In this document: positions 1 through 11,860 of the stretch, one piece after another | Layout of the letters: the number at the start of each line of letters is the position of its first letter | How positions within the stretch are numbered: position 1 is the first letter of the stretch | Assembly (NCBI RefSeq): GCF_018977255.1 | Contig: NW_024704743.1 | Span: 63,304,001-63,368,000 of the forward strand | Length of the DNA: 64,000 bases | Direction of reading: 5' to 3' | Source: Callorhinchus milii | Taxonomy: Eukaryota | Program-made: the position numbers and the translations under genes | Notes under the pieces: generated by a model | Database searches by the model: none | Seen by the model: the letters and a program-made list of their open reading frames with translations, nothing else | What the model was told of the DNA's origin: nothing

Positions 1-384
1 GGAGCAGAGAATTAAATTAGCAAAAATTATAAAAATTGGACACTAAATTTATATTAAAAAAAAAAGTTCCTCTACTGTGCAAATGCTGCTCTAAGCTGGT
101 GAGGGATTCATCAAAAGCCTATTCCTGGTATAGATTGAAATGACTGCCTTTTTGATAATACCAAATGATCAAATATCAGCACCTGGAACTCACTAACCCT
201 GTTGAGGTGCCAAAGAGAGTAGTAAAGTGACAAAGAGAATGTTTTTAACTCTTTGAGTTTGGGATGGTTCTCAAGACATCCTAAAGTTGAGCAAGGCCTT
301 CCTGATCTCAAGCCTTTACAGAAGGTCCCCTTCTTTCATAACATAATACTTACACAGCAGCCTTTTTTCAAGTTGGAGGGATGG

Positions 385-770
385 CTTAAAGCACTGCCAG
401 CTAGGCACCTGAGATGAGGGTGGGGGACGAGGGGGTCGGGATGGGAAAAGATGACTGAAAGCGATCAGAGTCAGGTCTTGACATGTCTCGAAAAAGGGGA
501 GGGAGGGAGGGAGCGAGTTGGAAGGAATGGAGCTCCAGAGAGTGGGAGCCAAATGGCGATGGTGGGGCGGATGGGTTGGGGGGGGGCATATGAAGAAAGA
601 CAGTGTTTGCTGGGCAAAGGGACAGCTAGATCGGGAGATCTCAGAGATAGGGTGAGGAGGGCAATGAAAGCCATAGAGTAGTTTCTCACTCAGGAAAGAG
701 GGAGCTTGCTTTGAGGAAATGGTAAGTCGTTCGGCATCTGCCTTCATTCCCCCCTTGGTGGCTGAGGGAG
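385..770 (-). mobile_element. Degenerate L2-type LINE 3' fragment
   Basis: Purine-rich segment similar to the L2 remnants at 50320-51000 and 52141-52500. Confidence 0.5.
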
Positions 771-789
771 GCTCCGATCATTTGTCCTG

Positions 790-1220
790 ACAGTTAACCA
801 CAAACCGCTGCTCTCGCTTTCCTTCTCTCGCTCCCCCTGTTCCTCATGCTCTGTCTCAATCACTCTGTCTCCTCCCCTCTCTGTCAATCAATCTCTCTCC
901 CTCTTCTTTCAATCACTCTCCCCTGTCTCATGCATCCTCTCTCTCTCAATTAAATATAATGTTAATCCTTGCATTTGATACAGCACCTTATCACGTCTTC
1001 GAGAAAACGCTTCACAGAATATATTGTAAAGTGAATTGATAATTGGTCTCTCTCGTATACGCACACTCTCTCCATCAAATGCAAGGATTATTATTATTAT
1101 CACTCTCTCAATCATTCGCTCCCCAGCTCTCAGCCACAATCACTCCCTCTCCCATTCTCTCTCTTTCTCTGTCCTCTCTCACTCACTCACACACACACTC
1201 TTTCTTTCCACCTCTCAATC
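790..1220. repeat. CT-rich low-complexity tract with two oppositely oriented SINE tail fragments (963-1039 minus, 1073-1100 plus)
   Basis: ctct/caatcactct repeats; taatccttgcatttgat and its reverse complement atcaaatgcaaggatta. Confidence 0.7.
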
Positions 1221-1529
1221 AGCTGTGTGGCTCACTATCCCAGCAGCACACACAGGGTGGATTACTATCTGGCAGCGGGAGGAGCCGGTGGTTGTATGGA
1301 GATGCGCTTGCCTTCCCCTCAGCTCGGGAGGGACTTTGTAACCCACTGCAGCGCATTGAGTCGCACAGAGTGGTAATAATTCCGCCCATTACTGCAGTCT
1401 GTCAGAAAGCGCTTGCCGGGCTGAGGGGAAAGCAACTACGTCCTCCAACCTGCTGGTTCCTGCCGCTGCCATGAGAAGACAGTTCGCGAGGAAGAGAGCT
1501 GTTGAGCCTGATTAAGTCATAGTCATTCC

Positions 1530-1573
1530 CCCTGGCTGGATTCGGCCCACGAGCCACCAATTGAACTACCCTG
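1530..1573. mobile_element. Possible hAT (Charlie-like) non-autonomous transposon end
   Basis: ggattcggcccacgagccaccaattgaactaccctg resembles the ggccc..ggcc....CCCTG termini of hAT MITEs. No matching left end was found. Confidence 0.4.
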
Positions 1574-2104
1574 GTTAATGCAAATTATCTCTTCTGTTTT
1601 ACAGAGTTAGTCATTTTCTGTTGTAGGACCTTCTTGGAAATTTGCACAGAACTCCCTTGTTCCAAAGCTGTCTTGGGGTGGAAAGCAGTGGAGGCAGATT
1701 GTTCACGAGAGGCAGGCTTTTCACTAGCTTATACACAAGGCTTTAACAAAATGTAAAATAAATGTCATCAGTCTCCCTTTCCAGTACTAATCCAAAAGCA
1801 CAATCCCAATGTGGATTAGAATCTTTTCATGCAATTCTTTTCAAATACAATCAAACACATTCACAAATCAGTTTTAAGGATTACTTGTAGAATGATTAAC
1901 ATTTATGACTTTTATAAATAAAAATAAATCCCTGCCTTAACTTTCTATTGAAACAGTGCATCAGCCTAAGAACAGTAACATCTTTTATCTTTGTAGTCTC
2001 AAGTTAAAAGCGCAGTTTATTTTGACGGTTTTAAAGAGCATTGTCACTCAGAATTTAAAAAGCGTTATAACCATTATAACCCTGTCCCTAAAGGTTGTAC
2101 TTAC

Positions 2105-2273
2105 CCATCTAACCTGACATCAGGAAGAGTCCTGTTGAGTGCTATCATATCACTCGCCATTAAGTTGAATTGATTGATTTTAAACATCTCCTTCATCTTT
2201 TCCTGATTATCTTTTGGGATTATTACAGGTTTTCCCATCTCTCCAGGCCCTTCTTGTGGCTTCTGTACTATCT
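2105..2273 (-). CDS. GALNT1: Polypeptide N-acetylgalactosaminyltransferase 1, second coding exon (stem region)
   Basis: Minus strand reads ttttatttcag|AG ATA GTA CAG...TTA GAT GG|gtaagt, 169 nt. It translates (E)[56 protein letters not shown], matching the GALNT1 motif [19 protein letters not shown]. Phase fits the previous exon (G+AG = Glu). Confidence 0.96.
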
Positions 2274-2695
2274 CTGAAATAAAACAAGGTTTTGTTACTA
2301 AATGAAATTTAGATTTAAAATAGGTTTTAAAAAATGAGACTTACTGCTGTGATTATCTGTGATTATCTATGGAATCTTTTCTACAAAGAATGCTCAAGTT
2401 CTGTAATCAATTTTCTTAATGAGAAACAAAGCAATCCTGGTTAGAATTTGACAATGCAATTTATTAACATAAATGAAGCTCTATTCAACTTTTGGTATAA
2501 ATTTAGCATGTGGTTTTAAGATTGGCCAACTATTATCTATACCCAAAGAACAGTATCATTATTCCCCTGCAGATTTCCTTCATAATACAACAAAGCTCTA
2601 AATAAACAGTGCTATACATTCTGCCTTATCCCTATCCTTGTTACATTCTGTCCCCACTTTCCACTAAGGATCGTGAGCAAAAAACAGATGTTTTA

Positions 2696-3011
2696 TAACA
2701 ATAATCCTTGCATTTGATATAGCTTTTTACACATCTTCTAAACATCTCAAAGCGCTTCATAGAATAGACTGTAAAGTGAATTGACTGTATATTTGTGGGC
2801 GAACGCGGCAGCCAATTGCGCACAGCAGTGTCCCACAAACAGTCGTGGATTGAAATGACCCAATTTATTATTGTTCTTTTTTTGGAGGGATTATTATTAG
2901 GTGTGTGGAGTAAAGAAACTTGCCCAAGGTTTCGCCCTGACCTGCCTGGAATTGAACTCACGTCTCTCACTTGCAAAGTGAGTGCCCTAACCACTGAGCT
3001 ACAGGACTCCA
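2696..3011 (-). mobile_element. Full-length tRNA-derived SINE (SINE2-1_CM-like), copy 1
   Basis: Head ggagtcctgtagctcagtggttag with A and B boxes, shared body, tail tcaaatgcaaggattatt. Confidence 0.9.
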
Positions 3012-5709
3012 GTTTTCCCTTTCATAGACCAGAGGAACGGAGGCAAATTATAATGCTCGCACCGCTGTCTGGGAAAATCCTAAATCAGTACAAACAGATT
3101 AGTGGCTTTACCAACCAAGTCAGCAGAGGGGTTACAGTCTCCAAATTAAACTAATTTCTTTACTGGAATATCAACTCACCTTTTCTTCCTCCAGCAATCT
3201 ACAGACTTTTAACACTGAATCTGAACAGTTTGACATAGGATATTTTTTATTTTAGTCTTATTGCTGTACTACACTGCATGTCTTAGCCTTTCACCTCAGT
3301 TTTGCACTTGAAATAAATTTAAACCAATAACAAACTGTCTGGAGAGGTAGTTCAGCAGCCAATTGAATGCAGATCATGATCCTTAAACCTGAATCCAATA
3401 AAATATTCTAAAGCTAATAGTCAGTTTGGAAAAGTTGAAGGAATAACAAAAAATAAACAACTTGCAAAATAACTTGCAAACATAAATGTGTATGTAGAAA
3501 GAATGACAAAGCTATAAAGAGGTTCTAACAAGTGATAAAGAATAAATGTTTGCAATACAAGGCACTGTATACAGCAGAGTGAAGAACGAGCCTGAAGAAG
3601 CTTCCTGTGAAAGACTAAATTCTAAAAGGGTCAGTGTCTCAATGTTCTCCTCTCTCCAATTTAGATGGTCAACTAAAGGCAGAATAAACAATGAGGTAGA
3701 ATTCTCCTTTTTTAATTTTTTTGGGGGGGAATTCTAGCCAGTTACATAATTTTGATTTGGATTTATGGAATACAGAATCTAATTCCATAAACTAACATAA
3801 AAACTGCTTTACAATTTCTGAATACTTAGGATACTATTGATCGTATAAGTTATCCTTCCTTTGTTTGCTCAAATCATTACCATTCCTTCTTCAATTTTGA
3901 CACTTTCCCTACCCTCTGGGGAAATGCCTAGATTCTAAAATCAAGGTTTCTTTTATTCAAGATTCATAACCATCTATACAGGGAAATTGTAATACTCCTA
4001 CCAACACCTTGAGAACACTTAATCAGTACAGACTGAATAGTGGCTTTACCAACTGTTCCCATAGAGATAATTCTGTACTCTACGATTTAGCACACTGGAG
4101 CAACATGCCACTATTTTATTTAATTCTTGTCATACCTTCATAGTTTGCCAATTAAAAATGTAAAAATGCCTCATAGTCTCTTTATCTGTGGGACAGACGA
4201 TTTATTGCCCATTTCACCAATCTTAACTTCAATTATGAATTTTCATTAAAGATAAGACACTGCAATACTGGGGAACAGAAGCACGTTTTCCCCCAAATAA
4301 TGAGTTACAAGCAATACTTTCAGGGTAAACATGTAAAGCACTTATTTTCACTCATCAGTGTTCCAATTACATTTCTCATTCCATAACTCCTCTGAGCAAT
4401 AACTAAAACAATTAGTGTAGTCTATTTTGAATTGCAATCATTGTCTTGTTGCAAACTTGTTACATGTTTTGAGCTCATTCCATCCATGACCCGTAAACAG
4501 TTCTGCGCAGAATTCATATTAAAAAAGGTTGTAGAGGTACCAGTACAGTTGGGAATTACAATTAATTATTTGCTTGCCAGATCAGCTCTTTTGAAGGGAC
4601 AGCAATTGTTCAAAATATACTTTTATGATTTGCCCTTTTAATACATCTTTTTTGCTCCCTTGATAATCAGAAACCTTCAGTTTGAGAATGATTGAGGAAT
4701 GAATATCTTTACATAAATTTTATATTATTTTGCATTGTAACCAAATTAAATCAGGCTGCTCCAGACAACAGAAGTTTACAAATGAAATGATTGAGCTCAC
4801 TGGGACTTAAACACAGGTGTAAAAGGTGTACAGCAGCTAAACACCTTAGTGTACAAATTTCATAGTACACTATTTTCTGTTGTGTTTACTCCTACATGTG
4901 TATAAATGCTCTCCTGGAGAGAAAGAAGGGAAAACCAGTACAATTCATTCTTATTGTTGAGGGAGGGTGAAGGGGGGTCTGTTCGTGGTGGAAAAGTCAT
5001 ATCTAGTCTTGCTGCAGTTTCTCACTTGAATTCTCTCACTCTTACTAAGAAAGTATACTATCACAGTGAAAAGTCTTACAGTGCTTTGGGTAATTATTGA
5101 CAAGTGTAGCAATTGTTTTTCTGGCTAACCAACGCAGCCAATTGCCTCAATAAGATTCCATTGTTGTGAGGTGAATGATTCGTTTAGAATATTATTGGGC
5201 AGGACACCAGAGAAGAAAAAACCCATTTCAAAAAGTGCCATGAAATCTCCAACAACTCTCCTTGTTGCAGATCACAGGGTAACCACAAAGAACGAAAACA
5301 CTACTACGACTATACTCCTTTCGCATCCACTAATAAAGCTGATATTGCCATTCAAATAACATTCTTTTACTTTAGCTTGTTGGAAAAGGATAGGGAGGAA
5401 ACATCAATCCAAACACCATCTTGAGAAAAATGCACAGGCCAGGTAAACAATCACAAACCTATGCAGCAAAGTCTCTGAATAGATTATCTGAATGAAAATA
5501 CAAGGACTTGCTTATTTCTCAATCCCTGAAGTTTGAATTCCTTACTTCAGCAAAAGGTAAGGAATGACACCACAAACAAAACTGAAGGTTTTGATCTTAA
5601 TAGATGAATTTATTCTAATTGAAAAAAAGAGAAGAGACCATGTTTAAGCCCTCAAAATGCTGAAGGACATAGATCATTTGAACGTAAAAGGGTAACTTGG
5701 TGAATATTA

Positions 5710-6034
5710 GGAGTCCTGTATCTCAGTGGTTAGAGCACTCGCCTTGCAAGTGAGACACCTGGTTTCAATTCCAGGCAGGTCAGGGCGAAACCTGGGACAA
5801 GTTTCCTTACTCCACACGCCAAATAATAATCCCTCCAAAACAAAACAATAATAAATTGGTCATTTCATCCACGACTGTTTGTGGGACACTGCTGTGCACA
5901 ATTGGCTGCCGCATTTCGCCCACAAACATACAGTCAATTCACTTTACAGTATATTCTGTGCTATATTGAGTATATTGAGAAATCTAGAAGATGTGAAAAG
6001 CGCTATATCAAATGCAATTATTATTATTATTATT
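5710..6034 (+). mobile_element. Full-length tRNA-derived SINE, copy 2
   Basis: Same family as copy 1, ends in (TTA)n. It appears to sit inside an older CR1-like remnant. Confidence 0.9.
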
Positions 6035-7537
6035 AATATCTACTGAAAACTAGGTTTAGAAGTACAAGATTAGCAAGGCCCTAGTTAAACTGAGAAATTA
6101 GGACAGGTGATAATTTTCGACAAAGCAGAAAATACATTAATTGGACGCCTATCAGTAGGAGATGATGTTGAATTACTCCTTGAAAAGTTATTGGGAAATA
6201 TCTAGTTATCGAGAATACAATTGAGGAATAAAGTGATAAATACTGATATAGATGATGACATTATCCAAGGCTCCTTGTCCTGATATAATCATGGATATTG
6301 ACACTTATGGCAAAACCATTAAGGCCCAAGCACAAACTGGAAAATCTAATTTATCTTCTAAAGGTACCATCTTTAGGAGATCAAGAAAAACAGTTAAGCC
6401 TGCTTCTCTTGGAAATTTTGTTTTCCTTGAGATTGTTGAGGAAATAAGATACAAAACTGTACATATTCAGTCAGGAAAAAAATTGTTTGGTTTGATAGGC
6501 TGAACAATATTTTCTTGCCTCATACAGTCTTGTATTAATCCCCGAGGGCAATAGGCAATCAGTCCTCTGTTCCTCTCCCATCTTCAGCATCCAGCATTTC
6601 CAAACATCTTATTATTTTTAACCGACTGAAATTAAATCTTTCCAAATCCATCGATTTAATTTGCTTTATAAATGGTGGATCTTGAAGGGCCTGCACAAAT
6701 ATGTTGCCATTTGCTGGCCTCAATGTCACTCTAAAAAGGATATCTGGCCACAAGGAAACGATGGAATTGACACAAGCTTCCCTCATTGCCTATGTTATTC
6801 TAAAAGCAATTAACTTGAAGGAATGAATCTTCAATAATACCTTCCTTATGACATTATATGCAACATTTAAAAATTGCGCGCATTAGAAAAATGGATTGTA
6901 AATGTCAAAATGGTTCTTCAGTGATATAGAAATCAGCAACCATCTAAGATAAAGCTCTCTCTTTCATTTGCAGTTGGTTTGGTTCCCACACTATCTTAAG
7001 TAGGATCAAGTCTGATTTTCTTTCTTTTCATTTAAGCATTAAGGGACTCTTGGGAAGTTAACATTTTTCAGTAATGAGGAAATAAAAAAATAAATCATAA
7101 GTGCCACATCATAAAGTCTCTTCATTATTTCAGACACAGAATTAAAATTTTATTTACCGTTCTAAAACATTTACAACAAGCATCATTTGTATGCGCTGCC
7201 AAATCCTGATTCCAGCGCTGGCAACTGCCAATATTTTACACGGGTTCCAACATTGAGAAAATGCAAGTGTCGAAACAGCAAAGATCAAAAACACCTTCAG
7301 CAAATTGAGATATGAAATTTCATGAGATAATAAAATTAAGTCACATTCTAAAACTGTCCCTTCAAATATGTGCAATGTCCCAGATTTGTTCCTATAGGGA
7401 GTTAGTATAGGCGGTTCTGTCAAATAAAATATGTGATGATAGAAAATGTAGCCAGACTTTAATATATAAATGTCAATACCCAAAGTGCATGTTTTATCAT
7501 ATTAATGTATATAAGGTACTGCTACCAACTTTCTTAC

Positions 7538-7676
7538 CTTCTCGAGCAGGAAGGCCACGTTCTTTCTTTTCTTCACACTTGTTACATTCACTGAAGTAAA
7601 GCAGTAGAAACATATCCAGCAGCACCCAGACCAATGAGGTGGCTACAACCACCTTACAATATGCAAACTTTCTCAT
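7538..7676 (-). CDS. GALNT1: GALNT1 first coding exon (cytoplasmic tail and type II signal-anchor TM). The whole exon including 5'UTR is 7538-7748.
   Basis: ATG at 7676. The 139 nt translate [46 protein letters not shown]+G. Donor AAG|gtaag; acceptor tctttatcttttctag at 7749. MRKFAY and ERGLPA fit GALNT1 rather than GALNT13. Confidence 0.96.
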
Positions 7677-7965
7677 GATACTGGTTCAGACAGTGCAGAA
7701 GTGGATTCAGTTCAGCAACCGGCTGGATAACAGCTTCAACAGCAACTGCTAGAAAAGATAAAGACACCAGGGTAAGCCAACAGTTTAATTTTATTTGAAT
7801 CCAGAACCACAGTTCAAATTTAACTTCAATGCTGAATAAAGAATTACTTCCTCAAAATTATAAAAACAAATAAAAAATTAAAGGTGTAATCAAAACAATG
7901 AGGATCGTGGTCTACAGCAATTCTTCATACATCTTATAGACAGTTTTCTTTTAGGAAATAACATT

Positions 7966-8080
7966 ATGGGATATAGCACATAGGTAGTTTGGGACATATG
8001 TGCATGCAACTGCCAGAATGGTGGAAAGCGAACGAGATGGACCTTGGCCTTTTTTTGTCAAACATTTCTTATGTTCTTAA
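7966..8080 (+). mobile_element. CR1-like 3' tail remnant
   Basis: gggatatagcacatagg...gatggaccttggcct...ttcttatgttctta, a CR1-type terminal microsatellite. Confidence 0.5.
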
Positions 8081-8429
8081 GTTGCTAGTTTTCTGCTTTT
8101 CTAAAATTAACATTGATTACCATTCTACATAACGCCCAACTGAGCATTTGATTCGTTTGCTTGAAAATCCATATATTGGCATTCCAAATTGGTGACCCAA
8201 TTGATAATACTTCACAAGTCACATGATTGGGTAAAAGCCCACACAGGCTGAATTCTTATTAGCCATTTGCACAGTCTGAATTTCCAGTCACTATTTGGGA
8301 GTCGAGATTTCCCATTGCTTTTGCAATGGGATCTCAGTTTAATGTCTCAAACGAAGGATTCTACCTCCAAAAATACAGCGCACACCTGGGGTTCTTTCTG
8401 AATGAAATGTCTGTCTAACCTAGACTGTA

Positions 8430-8770
8430 ATAATAACCTTTACATTTGATATGCTTTTCATGTCAGGAGGAGATCCAAAGTGCTTCACAGGATTTTATTG
8501 TGAAGTGGACTAACTGTATTTGTAGGGAAATGTGTCAGCCCAACTGCACACAGCAATGTCCCACAACAACAAAATGCATTTATACAGTGCATTTCACATC
8601 CGGAGGACGTCCCAAGACGATGGGAAACAGCCACCTCTGACAACACCGTCCCAGCCCTGCATTTCAGGATCATCCTTAGACTATTTAAGTTCCAAGTACC
8701 GATGTAGGGTTTGCACCCAAAACCTTCTGACTCAAGAAGCAAGAATGGTACCAACTGAGCTAGGCTGACA
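8430..8770 (-). mobile_element. Older Deu-domain/SacSINE1-like SINE, rearranged
   Basis: Tail fragments plus head ttctgactcaagaagc..ccaactgagctaggctgacac shared with 30749-31166. Confidence 0.65.
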
Positions 8771-9526
8771 CCTGGCACTTTTATATTGAAGCAGTAACTA
8801 ATGGCATTTTGCACATTCCTGGCTTGTATAGAGATGCACAGCTAGAAAATTATGATTTGTGATTTGGACACAGTCTATGCTGTGGATTCTGCCACACAGT
8901 ATAAAAGCGACAGATTGTATAGCATCGACAGCTCAGACCATTGTACCCGAATTTCTACGTGAACCAAGTCTGCAGCCTCCTGGAAGACATACACTTCATG
9001 AGCATGAGTGAGATTAACAACATCTGAAGAGTTTTTAGCCCATGTAAAACTGCTTTTCTTCCTTTCAACAACCATAAGCCCTTACAAAACAATTAGTTTG
9101 AAAGCCATTCATAATTTCTGTCTTAATCAGCTTGCTAATAGCAATTTGTAAAGTTATTAATTCATATGAACAAACTCCATTGCACATGTTTCTCTGCTGC
9201 ACTTGAATTGTATAATGAGCCATGGTTCTATGCCTTCTATAGGAGGCCAGAGCATTTTAAAAAAAAATCCTTCACCTTTCCAAAGATTAATAGTCTTCAT
9301 AGAGCTCCATGCATCCCAGAGGATGGCAGGGACAAGCTACAAGATTACATTGAATCCTCGGGCAAGGGGAATTAACAGTCACTGAAGAATTGCCACACAA
9401 CGAGAATCTGCGCTGTGCTGCAAACTGCATGAAGATCCTTTACCTGTCAGATTCTCTACGGGACCTTCGAGGGACATTGCATACAAGCCAGAGTCAACAT
9501 TAGGTTAGTGGAAACATCAATGAAAC

Positions 9527-9546
9527 AGAGAGAGAGAGAGAGAGAG
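9527..9546. repeat. (AG)n microsatellite
   Basis: Direct reading. Confidence 0.9.
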
Positions 9547-10994
9547 AAAAAGAGAAAAAAAGACTAATGTCGCCCTTCAACAGCAGTATGTATCTAAGAG
9601 AAGATCCTTCAATAACAATATACCAGAGAGAGCAAAAGATAGGAGACTATTTCATTAGATTATCTACTTTGTGGGATCTTCTTTATTTTCTGAATCAACA
9701 TCCAGCAAACCAGACTGGAAACAAACATTCAAGAATTCACAAAATGGACTGATGTCTTTCAAGATAATTTCAATGTTATGTTATTACAACAGTGAAATTG
9801 ATTTAACGTTTTTATTCATTCCCAAAGGTTTTGGTACTGGTGCAGGCCTGAATGCTTTGGCATGTAGCACTGAATGGATTACAGCCATGTCAGCACTGCA
9901 CACTGTTAAACACCAAAATATACACTGACAGTCAGTCTCCATAGTATTAATTCAGCTGCCCTAAATGGTACAGCAGAATGGCTCTCCATCTGCTCAACAC
10001 CCAATGGTGTGAAACTAGCATCATTTCTCCACAGTACTCAGGTTTTGCCATTCAAAGCTTCCTCTAATCATTTGAAAAGCTTATTGTGATGGGGGTCTGC
10101 AGCCAACCCTGATAGCTTAACCCTGTCATCCTCTGGGATATGTGAAGAACCATCATGTGCAAAATCCCTCCTGTCCTTAGTCTTCCCAAGGTAGCTAGTA
10201 TTTCTGTGAACAGTTACATAATTTCATTACACCTATCATCCAAAGATATATTGAGAAGTCTTATTACTACATATTGCTGTAGCAGCTGTGAACAAAATTA
10301 TTATGGCATTCCAGATGTTACATAGGAACCCTTGTATTTCTGTAATAACATCTATTGAGTTACCTCAACATTTAATGCTATAGTTTCTCTAGTACTTGAA
10401 GCAAAATACTTCCCGTTTGCTATTCCTACATTTTACAAATCCTTATCTATTATCAGTTGTCCAATCCCATGAAGAACAGATCATTAAGTATGCTTAGCCT
10501 CTTGGGAGTAACATTTCTGGGATATTCAGTCAAATATGATGCTCTTTCTGCAATTAATACATACAAGTAGAATACATCAATCTGAGCCAGTATTTCTTCA
10601 ACATGTGTAATTGCAAGATGCCTGTTATGAATAATGCAGTATTAGAATGAAACACAAACAACATTTGTTACAAATATTACAGTGAGCAACCATGTGGGGG
10701 AAAAACTCATCAGTATTAGTACAGGAATGCTTCCACATGCAAGTATGGTATGCACACATTATCAAACACATTCTGAAAGATATTGATTTTAACCTAATGG
10801 TACAAATTAAGGTCTAACCCAATTGTGATTTGAGAGTAAACCATATAATGATTCAGAATTTGCAGCATCGCAATTCAATCATTGGATTATCTATCCTCTC
10901 CTGTCTGACAGTTGGCTGAAATGGTATTTTAATCCTGCCTTATAAATGATGGGGTGAACAGCTGTAAAGGTTTGTGAACAGAAATTATTATGAA

Positions 10995-11860
10995 TACAAC
11001 ACCCGGCATTTATATAGCACTCTTAGCATAGGTCAACGTCTCGAAGCATGTAAAAATGAGGTCGGATGTTGAGCAAGGTAGAAGAGAGAGGGGGAAAAGG
11101 GGAGGTGATCATAAATGTGGCCGTGGTGGTAGGTTTTTAGGTGGGATGCAGATAGAGAGGCAAGACAAAGGGGTAGGGGAGACAAGTTTTTGACATTAAG
11201 GGCGTAATAGCTGAAGACTTAACCACCGATCGTGGCACATACAGGGCAGGGAATGCTCACCAACCTTGATTTAGCCAAGCAGAGGGGCAAACAGAGGAGT
11301 GGGGTAGGAGATCAGAGATAGAGAGGTGCTAGGAATGGAAGGAATATATAGGTACTGGTCAGGACCTTGAAGTTGATCTGTTGAGAGACAGGAAGAAGCC
11401 AGAGCCTGGCGAGGATGATGGGAATTTAGTGTGGGTAAAAATGCGGACAGCAGAGTTTTGGATTCGGTGGATTTTATCGAATGGTAAAACTCGGAAGACT
11501 AGTGGAGAGTGCACTTGAAAAGTCTATGCGGGAGATAACAAAGGTGGGAAATAACATGAATGAATATTTTGGTGGCATTTGATAAGAGGTAGGACTGGCA
11601 CTGAGGCACAGTTGAAGAAAAGTGACCTTGGTCAGGGACTGAATGTAAGGGAGGAAGGAGAGCTGAGGATCAAACTGAACGGCAAGATTACGCACAAGTT
11701 TAATAGAGTGGAGGTTGAGGTCAGCTCTATCAGTGAGAAGACATTGGAGAGAGCCGAGGGGATGATTTCAGCCTTATCCATTTTAAGGTGCAAGAAATTG
11801 AGCCTCATCCAGGCCTTGATGTCTGACAAGCAAGTGGACAGAACATCAGTGGATCTGGAA
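10995..11860 (-). mobile_element. L2 LINE 3' fragment
   Basis: ORF pieces CLSDIKAWMRLNFLHL, RNLAVQFDPQLSF and VISRIDF. Tail gcatttatatagcac at ~11006. Confidence 0.8.
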
